Shown here: piece after piece, positions 42,286 to 55,700 of the stretch | How positions within the stretch are numbered: position 1 is the first letter of the stretch | Layout: each line of letters starts with the position of its first letter | From: Octopus vulgaris | Lineage: Eukaryota | DNA length: 64,000 bases | Direction of reading: 5' to 3' | Assembly: GCA_951406725.2 (NCBI GenBank) | Contig: OX597816.1 | Span: 27,466,001 to 27,530,000, forward strand | Program-made: the position numbers and the translations under genes | Notes under the pieces: model-generated | The model's database searches: none | Told to the model about the DNA's origin: nothing | Seen by the model: the letters and a program-made list of their open reading frames with translations, nothing else

Positions 42286-42962
42286 CTGGTTTTCTCTTTA
42301 TTTACGAATGCAAGGCCATCTTCTGTGGTAAACACAGTTAACATATCTACAGCCATTATATGATCTGTGATCTGCGTAGTTCAGTTTACGCTACTGTTTT
42401 TCTTGACTGTGTTTTATTAGATTTATGTCCGTTACACAAACCAGACATGTAGAGAAAATATCATTGCACAAACATGTAGAGAAGATATCATTATACAAAC
42501 TTGTAGAGAAAATATCCTTGACAGAACTCTGGCTTGCTTAATGTTCTAGAAATATAACTTGAGGCGGTCTTATGATCGACTCTCACAATTTTGATGTCTT
42601 CTCTGTTTCATGGAAATGAATAAAGACATCTACAGCACGATAAACATTAAAATTTTGCTGTGTTGACGTTCAGTGGTCACATGGAATAAAAGTCAAAAAA
42701 CAAAAGGACTCCTGGTTATTTAAATACACAGTCATATCTATACCAAACTTACTTTTGCTGTGACGATAGCCCACCTCAATCTTTAACGAGGATAAAAGAT
42801 GTGTATAAATTCTTTTAAAATTCAACTCTATTTCAGAGATATTGCTCTTAGTGCTTTAAGTCTCAATTAGTTCTGACTGTTTATATCTTGCACTCTCGGG
42901 AATACGGGGCCAAAACCCACCCTACTCTCTTATTCATCCCTATATATATATATATATATATA

Positions 42963-43138
42963 CTTTATTTAAAGCAGCAGAAAATTCAACAAAATCTGTT
43001 ACTCTGAGTTTCTCGTTGCCGTTCATCAGACAGTTTTTGCTAGAATCTGTCTGATGAACGGCAAAAACTGTCTGTTGAACGGCAACGAGAAACTCAGAGT
43101 AACAGATTTTGTTGAATTTTCTGCTGCTTTAAATAAAG
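42963..43138. repeat. 78-bp inverted repeat with 20-nt spacer (probable Penelope-like pseudo-LTR relic)
   Basis: Arms 42963-43040 and 43061-43138 with one mismatch; flanked by (TA)n. Confidence 0.9.
42996..43033 (-). ncRNA. Minimal type-I hammerhead ribozyme motif, core intact
   Basis: Minus strand: CTGT-CTGATGA-acggcaacga-GAAA-CTCAGAG-TA-ACAG. Stem I CTGT/ACAG, GCAA-capped stem II, palindromic stem III ACTC/GAGT, GUA triplet. Confidence 0.75.
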
Positions 43139-43207
43139 CATATTACTCTACCACTGGTATTTGAGTACTCTTTTTTCCACCTTGTTTCACATTTATGTGT
43201 TTACTCC

Positions 43208-43347
<140 letters not shown>

Positions 43348-44332
43348 CTTATAGGGACATAGAAATATATCATCAGCAGGCGAGGTTCGACCAGATTCAG
43401 CAGTGACATTGCTGGATCCAGATTTATGTCTTCGTTTTTGAATACCTTCATGTACTTGGAGTAGCTCAAATTCCCGATTATGCATTCAATTTGTTGCTGA
43501 TTATGATTTTCCTTGACATCTCATTGGTCATTGTCTATTTGCCACAAAGTATTCGAATCGTATGTATGTATCTATCTTTTGCCACAAAGTATTCAAATCG
43601 AAACCCGGAATCTCTTTCTTCGACCTGACAAATATACATAGACAAAGATTTTGTCTGTCTGTTAGGAATACCATATACTGATTCTCTACATCATATTCTC
43701 TCAACCCTTCATCTTTTATTCTCTGTTTCTAGTTTTATACTTATGCCACTCACAAACGCCAGCGTGAACACTTAGAAGAAAGGGAACATTTTGACGTTGA
43801 TGCAAAATGATTTAAACACGTTTCTAATACATTTTCTTTGAATGAAAAATTAAAAATTTATCTGCCATGCCAAATTTTTATCTACCTTTTTGAAATTCTA
43901 TCCACTGGGACACTTTATATCTCTGTTGTTTCTTACCTGTCATATTTACTTGTATTTTTTACGTTAAATTTTTCAAATTACTTTTATATTTTTGGTCAAC
44001 CTTTATATAAATATAACGATTGTCGTATACATACACATATAAATACACACACACATACTCAAACTATGCTTTTATTTAGAATGTTACTGACCTTGAGGAC
44101 ATATCAATACATAAATTCACATACATACATACACACATACATAAATACCTACACATACAGACATATACATACATACGAACTACATACTTACATATATATG
44201 TATGTATGTTTTATCTATGTATGTTTGTATCTATGTATGTATTATGTATGTAACTATGTATGTATGTAAATGTGTCTATATATATTTATATATATATACA
44301 TTTATATATATATATATTTACATATATATATA

Positions 44333-44427
<95 letters not shown>

Positions 44428-44431
<4 letters not shown>

Positions 44432-45852
44432 TGTGCGATGGGTATTTGAGGACGATTTTAATATACAATAAAACAATTATATTTCAATATAAATAAATTT
44501 GCATTTAAATAAACGCGTGTGCAATTAGTCTTGATAATGATTTTTAAGCAAATTGTTCCGTGAAACCGCCTTCGGTTTCCATGAGTGCTTCAATGCTGGA
44601 CCGAAACCGCTGGCACGCTAACACTATATGGTCCTTATTCATTTCGGACATTAGTGGCCTTCAGTGAAGCTGTGGTATTATGAGGATGATCATCAGTCTC
44701 CCTTTCAATAATGCTCCACACATGATAGTCCATGGAGTTCAAATCTAGCGAGTTTGGAGGCCACATATTAGGTGTTACACATTCGTAAAGATTGTCTGAC
44801 AATCATTCTTCGGTGACTAGGGCCTTGTGAGAAGGTGCTGAGTCTTGGAGTAGCTCAAATTCCCGATTATGCATTCAATTTGTTGCTGATTATGCTTTTC
44901 CTTGACATCTCATTGGTCATTGTCTATTTGCCACAAAGTATTCGAATCGTATGTATGTATGTATCTTTTGCCACAAAGTATTCAAATCGAAACCTGGAAT
45001 CTCTTTCTTCGACCTGACAAATATACATAGACAAAGATTTGGCCTTCCATAAGGCCTTCCATGATATACTTCATCATTAATCCTGCATCAATTAATTCTA
45101 AGACCCTGTAGAAAAACGCGGGGAGGCATCACATGACTTTCGCTACTCACCACTCCTAAAACTATCATAGTTGCTGGTAATTTCGTGTGCATCACTCTGG
45201 GTACTTCAGAAGGGTCTGCACATAACCACTTGTCATTTCTTCTGTTAGACTTTTGATCCTGGTAATGGGGAAAACTAATCATGACTTGTTCAGAGAAAAA
45301 CCAAAGCATGACGTGTTCACGAGGGTTTTTCACTTTGTTAAGTAACCGTTTCGAACGGTTGAAACGGATTCCCTGCGTCTTTGAAGACACAAATTGGCTT
45401 TTCCTCATTACATAGGAGTTGTATCAAATGTCACGATGTATCAGAGTTCTGCTGGTCCACTCTGACATCCGAAAGTCTTTAGCAATGGACCTCATAGATC
45501 TTCTAGGGTGTTCATCGATAATGTTTTGAACATGTTGTATAAATTCCGGTTTCCTTTTAGAGTCTGAGCATTGTGAATGTTTTTTTTTTCTCTTTGATAC
45601 AGGGGAAACATCACCATCACATGTCTCCAATTCCACCCGACCTTTGTACAAATGACCATGCAATATTTAGAAAGTTATTGATTTTTAAATCACTGTGGTT
45701 TTTATGAATAGCATGTTTTTTCATTTCTTGAGTTGGCATGATATCTTGAAAGGGTTATCTGAGAAAAAAACAAAACAAAAAACGAAAAAAAAGTAATTTG
45801 AAGGTGTAAGGAACTAAAAACGAAATGTCCTCAAATACTCCTCACATTATGT
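44428..45852 (-). mobile_element. Decayed DD37D (maT) Tc1/mariner-superfamily transposon
   Basis: Imperfect TIRs share gtatttgaggac. Minus-strand QDSAPSHKALVTEE*LSDNLYECVTPNMWPPNSLDLNSMDYHVW has 37 residues between the second and third D. Also RRSMRSIAKDF (HTH) and HTKLPATMIVLGVVS. Confidence 0.85.
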
Positions 45853-45956
45853 ATATGTATGTATATCAATAAATATGTATGTAGGAAATTGAATCTTTAA
45901 AATGTATTCCCTATTAGTTATATAATCAAGTACTATTACACTTTCTTATATCCACG

Positions 45957-46345
<389 letters not shown>

Positions 46346-46550
46346 CTAGTCAGGGAAGTTTGGATATCTTTAGCTATATTCAATTTAGCATATTTTTCCA
46401 ATATTTCACTGTATTCCAAAGAGTTTTTAAGAGTAAGTCAACTCAGCATGATAATATAAACGGTATTGAGCTCTTGCAGAAATGTCTGCTAAAAGCTACC
46501 ATGATAGAATTTATTTCTTTGATTATTAAAGAACATACATACGTACCTAA

Positions 46551-46590
<40 letters not shown>

Positions 46591-46689
46591 ACGTGTACTT
46601 CTCTGTTTATATATATCTATACCTATATCTATATATATATAAATATATACGTGTGCTTCTGTGTTTATACATACATATATATATACATG

Positions 46690-46777
<88 letters not shown>

Positions 46778-46806
46778 CATACACATATATATATATACAT
46801 ACACAC

Positions 46807-46874
<68 letters not shown>

Positions 46875-46982
46875 GGTCACAGAAGCACCCGTACACACAC
46901 ATATAACCAAACAAATGAAAATATGTATCCTATTATTTATACATACATTATTTATACAATATATATTTATGAATAAGTGGTG

Positions 46983-47025
<43 letters not shown>

Positions 47026-47219
47026 TGTGTACGTGAATGTGTGTGTTTGTGAGTGTGTGTGTGTGTGTCTGTGTGTTACAGAAATAAACCATTCGGAATT
47101 AGTGGAAACTATCAGGAATTATCGTCCACTCATCTTACCAATGCTATCCAGATGTAATAGACATAAAATTCCGTGCAGTGTGGAGCAGCTATATATCAAT
47201 TTAATTGAAAACTTGAATA

Positions 47220-47295
<76 letters not shown>

Positions 47296-47677
47296 GTTGT
47301 CACTTAGTATTATTTGTAGTGGTGGTGGTGGTTGGATGCCTTGGAGACAGTCACATTCTAAACGAAACATAGTTTGGAAAATTTGTAATTGTGATATGCA
47401 GAGAACTTCCCCAGATGTCGGCACTTTTAGGAATAGTTCGACAACAGTAATAAAATTGATAATGGTTATTAAGGTAGGCAATAAGGCCAGAGCAGCTCGT
47501 TTATTTTATCACCCCCAAGTACCGGGCCGGTACTTTATTTTATAGACCTCGGAAAGATGAAAGCAAAGCTGAGCGTGATGGGTTTTAGACAGACGACATA
47601 AAGAATCGGTCCAAATGCACGAAGGGAATTTGTCTGAGTCTATAACGACTCTGTCTATCAATATAACAATCCCTCAA

Positions 47678-48178
47678 GGTAGCGAGCTGGCAGAAACGTT
47701 AGCACGCCGGGTGAATTGCTTAGCGGTATTTTGTCTGCTGTTACGTTGTGAGTTCAAATTCCGCCGAGGTCGACTTTGCCTTTCATCCTTTCGGGGTCGA
47801 TAAATTAAGTACCAGTTACGCACTGGGGTCGATGTAATCGACTTAATACCTATGTCTGTCCATGTTTGTCCCCTCTGTGTTTAGCCCCCTGTGGGTAATA
47901 AAGAAATAGGTATTTCGTCTGCAGCTACGTTCTGAGTTCTAATTCCGCCGAGGTCGACTTTGCCTTTCATCCTTTCGGGGTCGATTAAATAAATACCAGT
48001 TCCTCACTGGGGTCGATATAATCGACATAATCCGTTTGTCTGTCCTTGTTTGTCCCCTCTGTGTTTAGCCCCTTGTGGGTAGTAAAGAAATAAGAAACAT
48101 TAGCACGCCGAGCGAAATCCTAAGCGGTAGTTCGTCTGCCTTTACGTTCTGAGTTCAAACTCCGCAGAGGTTGGGCCT
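47678..48178 (+). mobile_element. Meta-like SINE dimer plus partial third unit
   Basis: Two complete bodies, then a restart at agaaacattagcacgcc. Confidence 0.85.
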
Positions 48179-48184
48179 TGTGCG

Positions 48185-48229
<45 letters not shown>

Positions 48230-49737
48230 ATATATATATAGACACACACAAATATATAGATATATGGCCAGACATTCGTGCGCACACACACATGCATGCA
48301 GATGCACGCATGTATATTAGTGTGCGCATGTACATGCATGAGTATAGATGCGTACAACAAGCGTTGTGGGTTGATAAGCGTTGAGGATTGGTAATTGGCA
48401 GTCCTACTCGTGGGGTTGGTTGGTTGGTGACGGTGACCTTGGTGCAGAGTAGCAGCTAGTACTAAGGCGGTATATCCAGGTTGTCCGGCATTCAGAGGCT
48501 TGAAATTTGCCAGAAGAGCATACCGCTGGTGAAAGCAATAAGATAAAACGTATTACTTATTGATGGATACTGTGGGTTGTTGGAGTTTTTCGCGGAGGTA
48601 GAGCTGGCAGTTGGAGGAACATGGTGAACATGGTGGCGCTCTGTCGACAATAGTCCACTTGATACTGGGTGTTTCGTCTCGGAGATCACGGAGTCTCCAG
48701 AGAAAACGAAACAGGGAAGTAGAGTTCTCTCTGTCCCTGGATCATAAACACAGAAGCAAGGGAGCTAGCCACTTAATTTTCACAGAAGATGTTTTTCGTG
48801 CATAGCGAAATTTTTTTGTCTTTATAATGGTATTTAACTGCCCGATTCTGCTGTGTAAATTGTTTATGCTTTAGTCTAGCATCGTTACTGGCCTCGGTTG
48901 CTTATGTTGTTTCATTGCCTCATGATCTGTACATATCTCAATATAACAGCAGTCGTATACAAGCATATTACAATAACTCCACAGCGCTATCATCAATATC
49001 TTTTACCATGAGAGTGAATGATTTTGTCCCCTACTTGTATTTAGGCTTGTATTTAGCTTACAGAAGCTGGTAAATTGTTTTCAAACTATGGGTTTAAAAT
49101 GTTCATAATAGTATGTGTCGGGTTAGTATAGGAAGGATGCTTGTGGTGTTGGTTTGGTTATATTATTATTGTCTCTATGTTAGTCTTATGCTGATTTTGA
49201 ATATAGTCGGAAAAATATGCACAACATGAATCGGGAAATCTGTTGCTGTCTGTGACATCCGTTTTTCAATCATAAAAAATGCTTGTTACCGTAATGATTA
49301 TCTTCAAAGTGGCTTAATTTTGGATGGCATTCACCCCAGTATGCTTTTAACCGCTTCATTTAGCCTATTGAAGTGTCATATCGAGCTTCTCCAAAAAAAG
49401 CTAAAGTACGTCTTAATTAAATTTCAAAGACCAAGTGAAATGAGAGGAATAATTGTCTTTTAAAATATCTAACAGGTGTGGTAGAATTGTATCGCTCGTG
49501 GTGTTATTAATGTCGGCTTTCATGATTGAAGAGAAATTTCGAGCGATGAAAAATATTTTATCAAACAGCGAGTTGGTGTTTTTTGTAGTTGTAACAAAAA
49601 AAAAGATCTGTTTATTGATATAGGTTTTGTTAGGTCGGCATTGTTGCAGGAAAACACGTTTAGATTCCTATTTTGGACGATTTTGTAAGCCCGTGCGTCT
49701 GTTACTGATGGCGACATGTATGTATGTATGTAGATGC

Positions 49738-49966
49738 AAGGTGGCGAGCTGGCAGAAACGTTAGCACGCCGGGCGAAATGCTTAGCGGTATTTCGTCTGC
49801 GTTACGTTGTGAGTTCGAATTCCGCCGAGGTCGACTTTGCCTTTCATTCTTTCGGGGTCGATAAATTAAGTACCAGTTACGCACTGGGGTCGATGTAATC
49901 GACTTAATACCTATGTCTGTCCTTGTTTGTCCCCTCTGTCTTTAGCCCCTTGTGGGTAATAAAGAA

Positions 49967-49968
<2 letters not shown>
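49738..49968 (+). mobile_element. Meta-like SINE monomer
   Basis: Full head plus one body. Confidence 0.85.
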
Positions 49969-49997
<29 letters not shown>

Positions 49998-50027
49998 TGT
50001 ATGTATGTATGTATGTATGTATGTATA

Positions 50028-50207
50028 GTCGGGTCGTCGACGACTAAACTGGCAACCCCACCAAGCTTGCTTGGTGAGGAGGGTGTTTATTGGACACCCT
50101 GCGGGATGAAAAACAAAACCCGTCAAAGGGCGGAGGAACTCTTGAGAGTCAAAGGCCATCCAGTAAATGTCTTAAGGCTGTATCATGCGCGAGGACATAG
50201 AAATAAT
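50028..50207 (+). mobile_element. Non-coding repeat in (TATG)n (copy 1 of 3)
   Basis: gactaaactggcaaccccaccaagcttgcttggtgaggagggtgtttattggacaccctg...ggacatagaaataa; the same block recurs in the 51200 and 57420 copies. Confidence 0.8.
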
Positions 50208-51120
50208 GTATGTATGTATGTATGTATGTATGTATGTATGTATGTATGTGTATGTATGTATGTATGTATGTATGTATGTATGTATGTGTGTATGTATGTA
50301 TGCATATCATTGTTCAGTTCTATTTCAAGATTTCTTGTTAACAGAAAAAGAACCGGTTTCTAACCTAGATTCAAGAATCCTTCATTGGAATTTCAACATC
50401 AACAACAGGGTATTTTTGTTTGTTTGGATGTATGTATGCGTGTATAAGTGCAGATTTGTATGTTTGATTTATATATGCACGTATGTATGTATGTATGTAT
50501 GTATGTATGTATGTATGTATGTATGTATGTATGTATCTGTGCATGTATGCATGTTCTGTTATATTTTTAATGATTTAAATTCTTCCTTTGAAGAAGGTAC
50601 TGGTTCCTAACAGAGATACAAAGCTCCATCGTTGGAATGTAGATAACGAAAGCAATATCGCATTTTAAACCCGAGTCTTGCATAGTTTTACTGTTCCGCT
50701 AATAGATTGTATGTATGTATGTATGTATGTATGTATGTATGTATGTATGTATGTATGTATGTATGTATGTATGTATGTATGTATGTATATATGTATGTAT
50801 TTTGTATTTTCTTTGCGTTCTATTTCAGTTCTTAAGAGAGTTTAAGCCGGTCGCTAACAACGTGACAAGACTTCTTGAGTCAAGTGAGTTCCCGGTGGTT
50901 GCAAATATGTAGTTGAGTTGATGTGTTTGTTGAGCTGTCGATGTACGCACACACAAGTGTGTGCAGCTAAAGAATCTCAGATGGAGTATCTTTAGAATGT
51001 TTTGTAAATCTTTACTGTGCTGCTAATAGATTGGATTGGGATGATAGATGCAAATGATAGCGAAAGCATATCCTTCTAGGTGGGCTGTAATGTATGTATG
51101 TATGTATGTATGTACGTACG

Positions 51121-51154
<34 letters not shown>

Positions 51155-51199
51155 TGTATGTATGTATGTATGTATGTATGTATGTATGTATGTATGTAT

Positions 51200-51430
51200 G
51201 TCAGGTCACTTTCGAGTGCTACTGGTAACATGTAACCCAGTACAACCTGTTGCATGATCGAGGTCATCGGCGACTAAACCGGCAACCCCACCAAGCTTGC
51301 TTGGTGAGGAGGGTGTTTATTGGACACCCTGTGGGATAAAAAACAAAATCCGTCTAAGGGTGGAGGAACTCTTGAGAGTCAAAGGCCATCCAGTCTTAAG
51401 GCTGTATCATGCGCGAGGACATAGAAATAA
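51200..51430 (+). mobile_element. Non-coding repeat in (TATG)n (copy 2 of 3)
   Basis: As copy 1, with an identical right end. Confidence 0.8.
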
Positions 51431-51531
51431 TGTATGTATGTATGTATGTATGTATTTATGTATGTATGTATGTATGTATGTATGTATGTATGTATGTATG
51501 TATGTATGTATGTATGTATGTATGTATGTAT

Positions 51532-52990
51532 GTTCTGTTCTTAATTATTTAAATTCTTCCTCTGAGGAAGGAGTTACTTTCTAACAAAGATACAAACGCT
51601 ATCGTTCGAATGTTGAACATAAAAACATCACATTTTAAACTTGAGGAAAGTCTTTCATAGTTTTACTATTTCACTTACAAATTGTATTTGTAATGTGCGA
51701 ATTGGTTGGTTTCTTTTTCTGAAACCCTTGCTTATCCAAATTGTCACTTAGATGTTTGCTCACAAAATCAAGTGTACTGTTTGCTAACGGTATACATTTG
51801 AATTTATAATCTGTATATAGAAGCTGGAAGTCTCGAAGCAGTTGGCTACAGTTGTCCTCTTTCTCTTTGATTTTCAATGATATATTCATATCAATCGGAC
51901 AGCTGACATCCCTAACAACAATATCCGACATTTTTATGTTTACACTTGACAGATTTTTTGATGGGAATGTTCCACCAGTATTACTCGTATTGATGTTTCA
52001 GCATGTATTCAATTGCAAGGGAATTCTCCTTATTTATTCGAGGGCAGTCTTTTCTTCGCAGGACATTGTATATTGTTTTTGCGACAACGCCATATTGCAC
52101 GGAAAAATAGTACCTTGGTATTTCTGGGCAACTGCTAATCACATGAGCAATGTCTTCCGCAGAAATATGACATAATCTATATTTACGGCTGCATTTTGGG
52201 CCTCCAAGGGCTTCACTGTCTTTTGTTGATTAGGTATTTAGCAGCAATCTTCTGTTCTTGGATTGCAAAATGCATAGCTTTCGAAGTGAGATGTGATTTA
52301 GTGATCACGTGGCCAAGAGAGGCTACGTTTCATGTCGATAATACTTTCTTCTTCTAGTCATCGGACAACATACCTATGTATAGCCTTTTTTTTGTATACT
52401 GAGGGTTTCACATTCAGGTCGTCTTTGAAGTATCTTAGACCGGCTGTTTTGGGATTGTATGGGAGGTTATCAGGAAGAGAGTACTTCCTGAGGATCTCAC
52501 TACCGACACGTAGGATATTGTTCCCTTCCCCTTTCAGCACTAGTTTAATGCATTTATTTTTACTGTTGCTGCTAAGGAAGCATTGTGTAATGGAAACTAT
52601 ATGACATTCGAAGTTGTCAGCACTGATCTCAAGCCTGTTTCTCCTTTATCTCTTCTCATTAGAGCCTGTTGCTATTTCTGTGGAGACCTCCAGTTGATAT
52701 CAGTATCTTGCGGGTTTTAATGTCTATAGAGTGGATTTCCTCTACTGACCTGCCAAATATCCCGAATGTTGGAATCAGCTCTGGTACTGCAAATGCATTG
52801 TGATATATTGTCTTTTTGTAAAAAAAGTGAGTTCTGATTGCTATATTTTTCCAAGTTTGGCATAATATTCTCGGATCACTTTATCTTTATTCACAGCAGC
52901 TTTGCATGATTTGTTTCCATCACTGACTGGGTACTTGTAGCAAACTTTGTGTGGGACATAGGAGACATAGTGAGGCTATTGATGCACTCA
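51532..52990 (-). mobile_element. Decayed R4/Dong-clade LINE 3' portion with 3'UTR running into (CATA)n
   Basis: Remnants SDIVVR...DVSCPIDMNI..K..EK...LLRDFQLLY, EGNNILRVGSEIL and SHFESY. Collinear with the 61352-64000 element. Confidence 0.8.
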
Positions 52991-53018
52991 TTTTGGGTCC
53001 GAGGGACTGGTTTTCCAG

Positions 53019-53019
<1 letters not shown>

Positions 53020-53049
<30 letters not shown>

Positions 53050-53640
53050 TGTATGTATGTATGTATGTATGTATGTATGTATGTATGTATGTATGTATGC
53101 ATGCATGCATGTATGTATGTATGCATGTATGTATGTATGTATGTATGTATGTATGTATGTATGTATGTATGTATGTGTGTATGTGTGTGTATGCATGCAT
53201 GTATCTATGTATGTATGTTTGTATGCATGCGTGTATGTATGTATGTATGTATGTGTGTATGTATGTATGTATGCATGTATGTATGTATGTATGTATGTAT
53301 GTATGTATGTATGTATGTATGTATGCATGCGTGTATGTATGTATGTATGTGTGTGTGTATGCATGCATGCATGCATGTATGTATGCATGTATGTATGTAT
53401 GTATGTATGTATGTGTGTATGTATGGTTGTGTGTATGTATTTATGTATGTATGTATGTATACATGTATGTATTTATGTATGTATGGATGAATGCCTGCCT
53501 GCATGTATGTATGCATGTTATCGTTCAGTTCTATTTCAAGATTTCTTGATGTATGTATGTATGTATGTATGTATGCGTAAGCGTGTAGGTGTATGTGTGT
53601 ATGTATACATGTATATATGTAAGTGTGTATGCTTATTTAT
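53020..53640. repeat. Long degenerate (TATG)n/(CATG) array
   Basis: Read directly from the sequence. Confidence 0.95.
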
Positions 53641-54557
53641 GGATGCATATTCTAGTGTTATTTCTTTAATTTCTTATATGTATTAGAGAAGTCGGTTCGT
53701 AACCAATATACAAGGAATTTAATCACAACAAACTGAGCGGTTGTTTGTATACTTATTTGTATACCTATGCGTGTATGCCCACGTGTATTTAAAGGCAAAG
53801 ATATGTGGATCTGTATGCTTTATGCACTTATAAACATATTTAGATAACTTATAAATATATATTTGGAGGATGACATTTATGACAGACGAAACTTCAAGAA
53901 CGACTTATATATTCTCACATGAATATTTATGGCTTGAAATTTAAATTCATAATGAACTGCGTCCTTTAATTGTTGTTGCTCCAAGATAGACTTTTCTGGT
54001 TATCAATTTGGCTCATCTTTGACTCTTTCCGACTATATAGCCATGCATGGCCTTCTGCTGATAAGCCTATAACTTTTCTTCTGACGACCTGTTGTAGAAT
54101 CGACCAACTTCTCTGGATGTATATTCCTAGTCATCAGTCAAGGAATACTTACTGAGAGGCTCCATTCCAACTCAGATCATTCCATTTGTCTCACGTATGC
54201 AGACTTAATCCAAAGGTGGACTATGTTCCATGGTGGTTAATAGATGTTGCCGAAGTCATCTTATATAACACTCAGTGGCTCTTTGATCGATGTTAAGCCT
54301 CTGCCTAGTTGTTTTTGTTTTCAATAGAGGCAGTCCATATCACGTGATATAAAAATTGCTAAATAATTTTCGCATTTTAACCTTTGTAGCCTAGCTATCA
54401 TCTATAACATCCAAATCGAGTAGCTTAAATGTTAGTTTAAATACTGGTACAACAAATACACCGCACGTAATTGAATTTCTCTACGCAAAACTTTCTGACG
54501 TTTGTATTTCATTTATAATAAACCTCCGAACGAGGTATAAACAGTAACTGCACGACA

Positions 54558-54829
54558 ATGTGAGGTATACTTGCCATCTCAATATGGCTAACCACTAAGG
54601 GTGGGTGTTACTGTAGCTTGTAGCCCCAGGAGAACATCGTCTCCAGCTGGCTTTAGGCACACTTTCTGTGCTCTTATGGTATTTGCAAAGGGAAGTCTTT
54701 GCAAATACCATAAGGGCACAGAAAGTGTGCCTAAAGCCAGCTGGAGACGATGTTCTCCTGGGGCTACAAGCTACAGTAACACCCACCCTTAGTGGTTAGC
54801 CATATTGAGATGGCAAGTATACCTCACAT
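54558..54829. repeat. Near-perfect palindrome: 133-bp arms, 6-nt loop
   Basis: 54558-54690 is the reverse complement of 54697-54829 except for one T/G pair; loop GGAAGT. Confidence 0.97.
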
Positions 54830-54879
54830 ATTTTATTTATCCATGTGATATATTCACTGGTTACGCAATCTGTGTTTCG

Positions 54880-55700
54880 AATTATATCACAGGATATATT
54901 TTCATCGATACCAATGCACCTGTAGCGTTCCCCCTTAGATATCGAGGAAATAGAACACTGACAGAGGTATTACTAGATTGGCGGATTGTTCTTCCTCTTT
55001 TTGCAAGTGAGGTAAGAACATTTACCCAGACCCAATTGCATCTCTTTATAATCTGTGAAGAACAATTCTCCGATCTTCCACATGAAGCAATGTGTTATGT
55101 TCCTACATTCTGTGAGTCAACCACGTTGTCTTAAGGTATTCTCGACAAAAAGAACCGGTTTTATTGAAAGTATAAACAACGTCACAAAGAGACTGTCTGT
55201 CTCTTTGAACTATACTGTCTACCGGTGAATCATGGACAATAAAACCACTTCTTATATTTAACCTGTATTTAACTCCAGGTTAATTACAGGTTGTCTGTAA
55301 TGTCGCTTATGATATCTGGAACGTCAAAGGTTTCCCCCACAAGTGGAAAACAGAATAAAATGATCTATTCAATTTTGACCAGGCTCGTTCTATGCCACAG
55401 CACCTTTGATACCACAAAGCTGCTTTTCAGCTGTTAGTTATGATAATATTGTTACTAGCACAGTTTTCCAAGAGAACAGGTTCAGCCAGGCTGTATACAT
55501 TTCATATACGAAATTCTGAAAAGCAGTTAGCTTTTGGAAAGTTTTTTTGCCTTGTGCGTATATTGGTATACCAGTATCCGATAATCAAGCATCTTCCTGG
55601 TGCTTTTCTATAGTGAAGTTTTTGAATGATAGTCTCAAAGGTATCACCATTGCTGTTGTATGCTTTTGATGCAATTCAGGACAAAACTTTTCTTTTAGAA
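54880..55700 (-). mobile_element. Very decayed RLE-type LINE RT remnant
   Basis: Minus-strand KAPGRCLIIGYWY resembles the KAPG.D.I...W RT motif 0. The rest is barely alignable by eye. Confidence 0.3.

Noticed and set aside
48400-49700. Complex-sequence stretch that might be a very old Penelope RT/GIY-YIG relic
   Set aside because: No motif could be read convincingly by eye; needs TBLASTN or an HMM search.
49968-51540. Alternating repeat and unique islands superficially like a CRISPR array
   Set aside because: The repeats are variable-length microsatellites, the islands are retroelement ends, the context is eukaryotic and there are no cas genes.
54595-54792. Two near-identical 63-aa ORFs on opposite strands
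   Set aside because: A direct consequence of the palindrome; no coding evidence.
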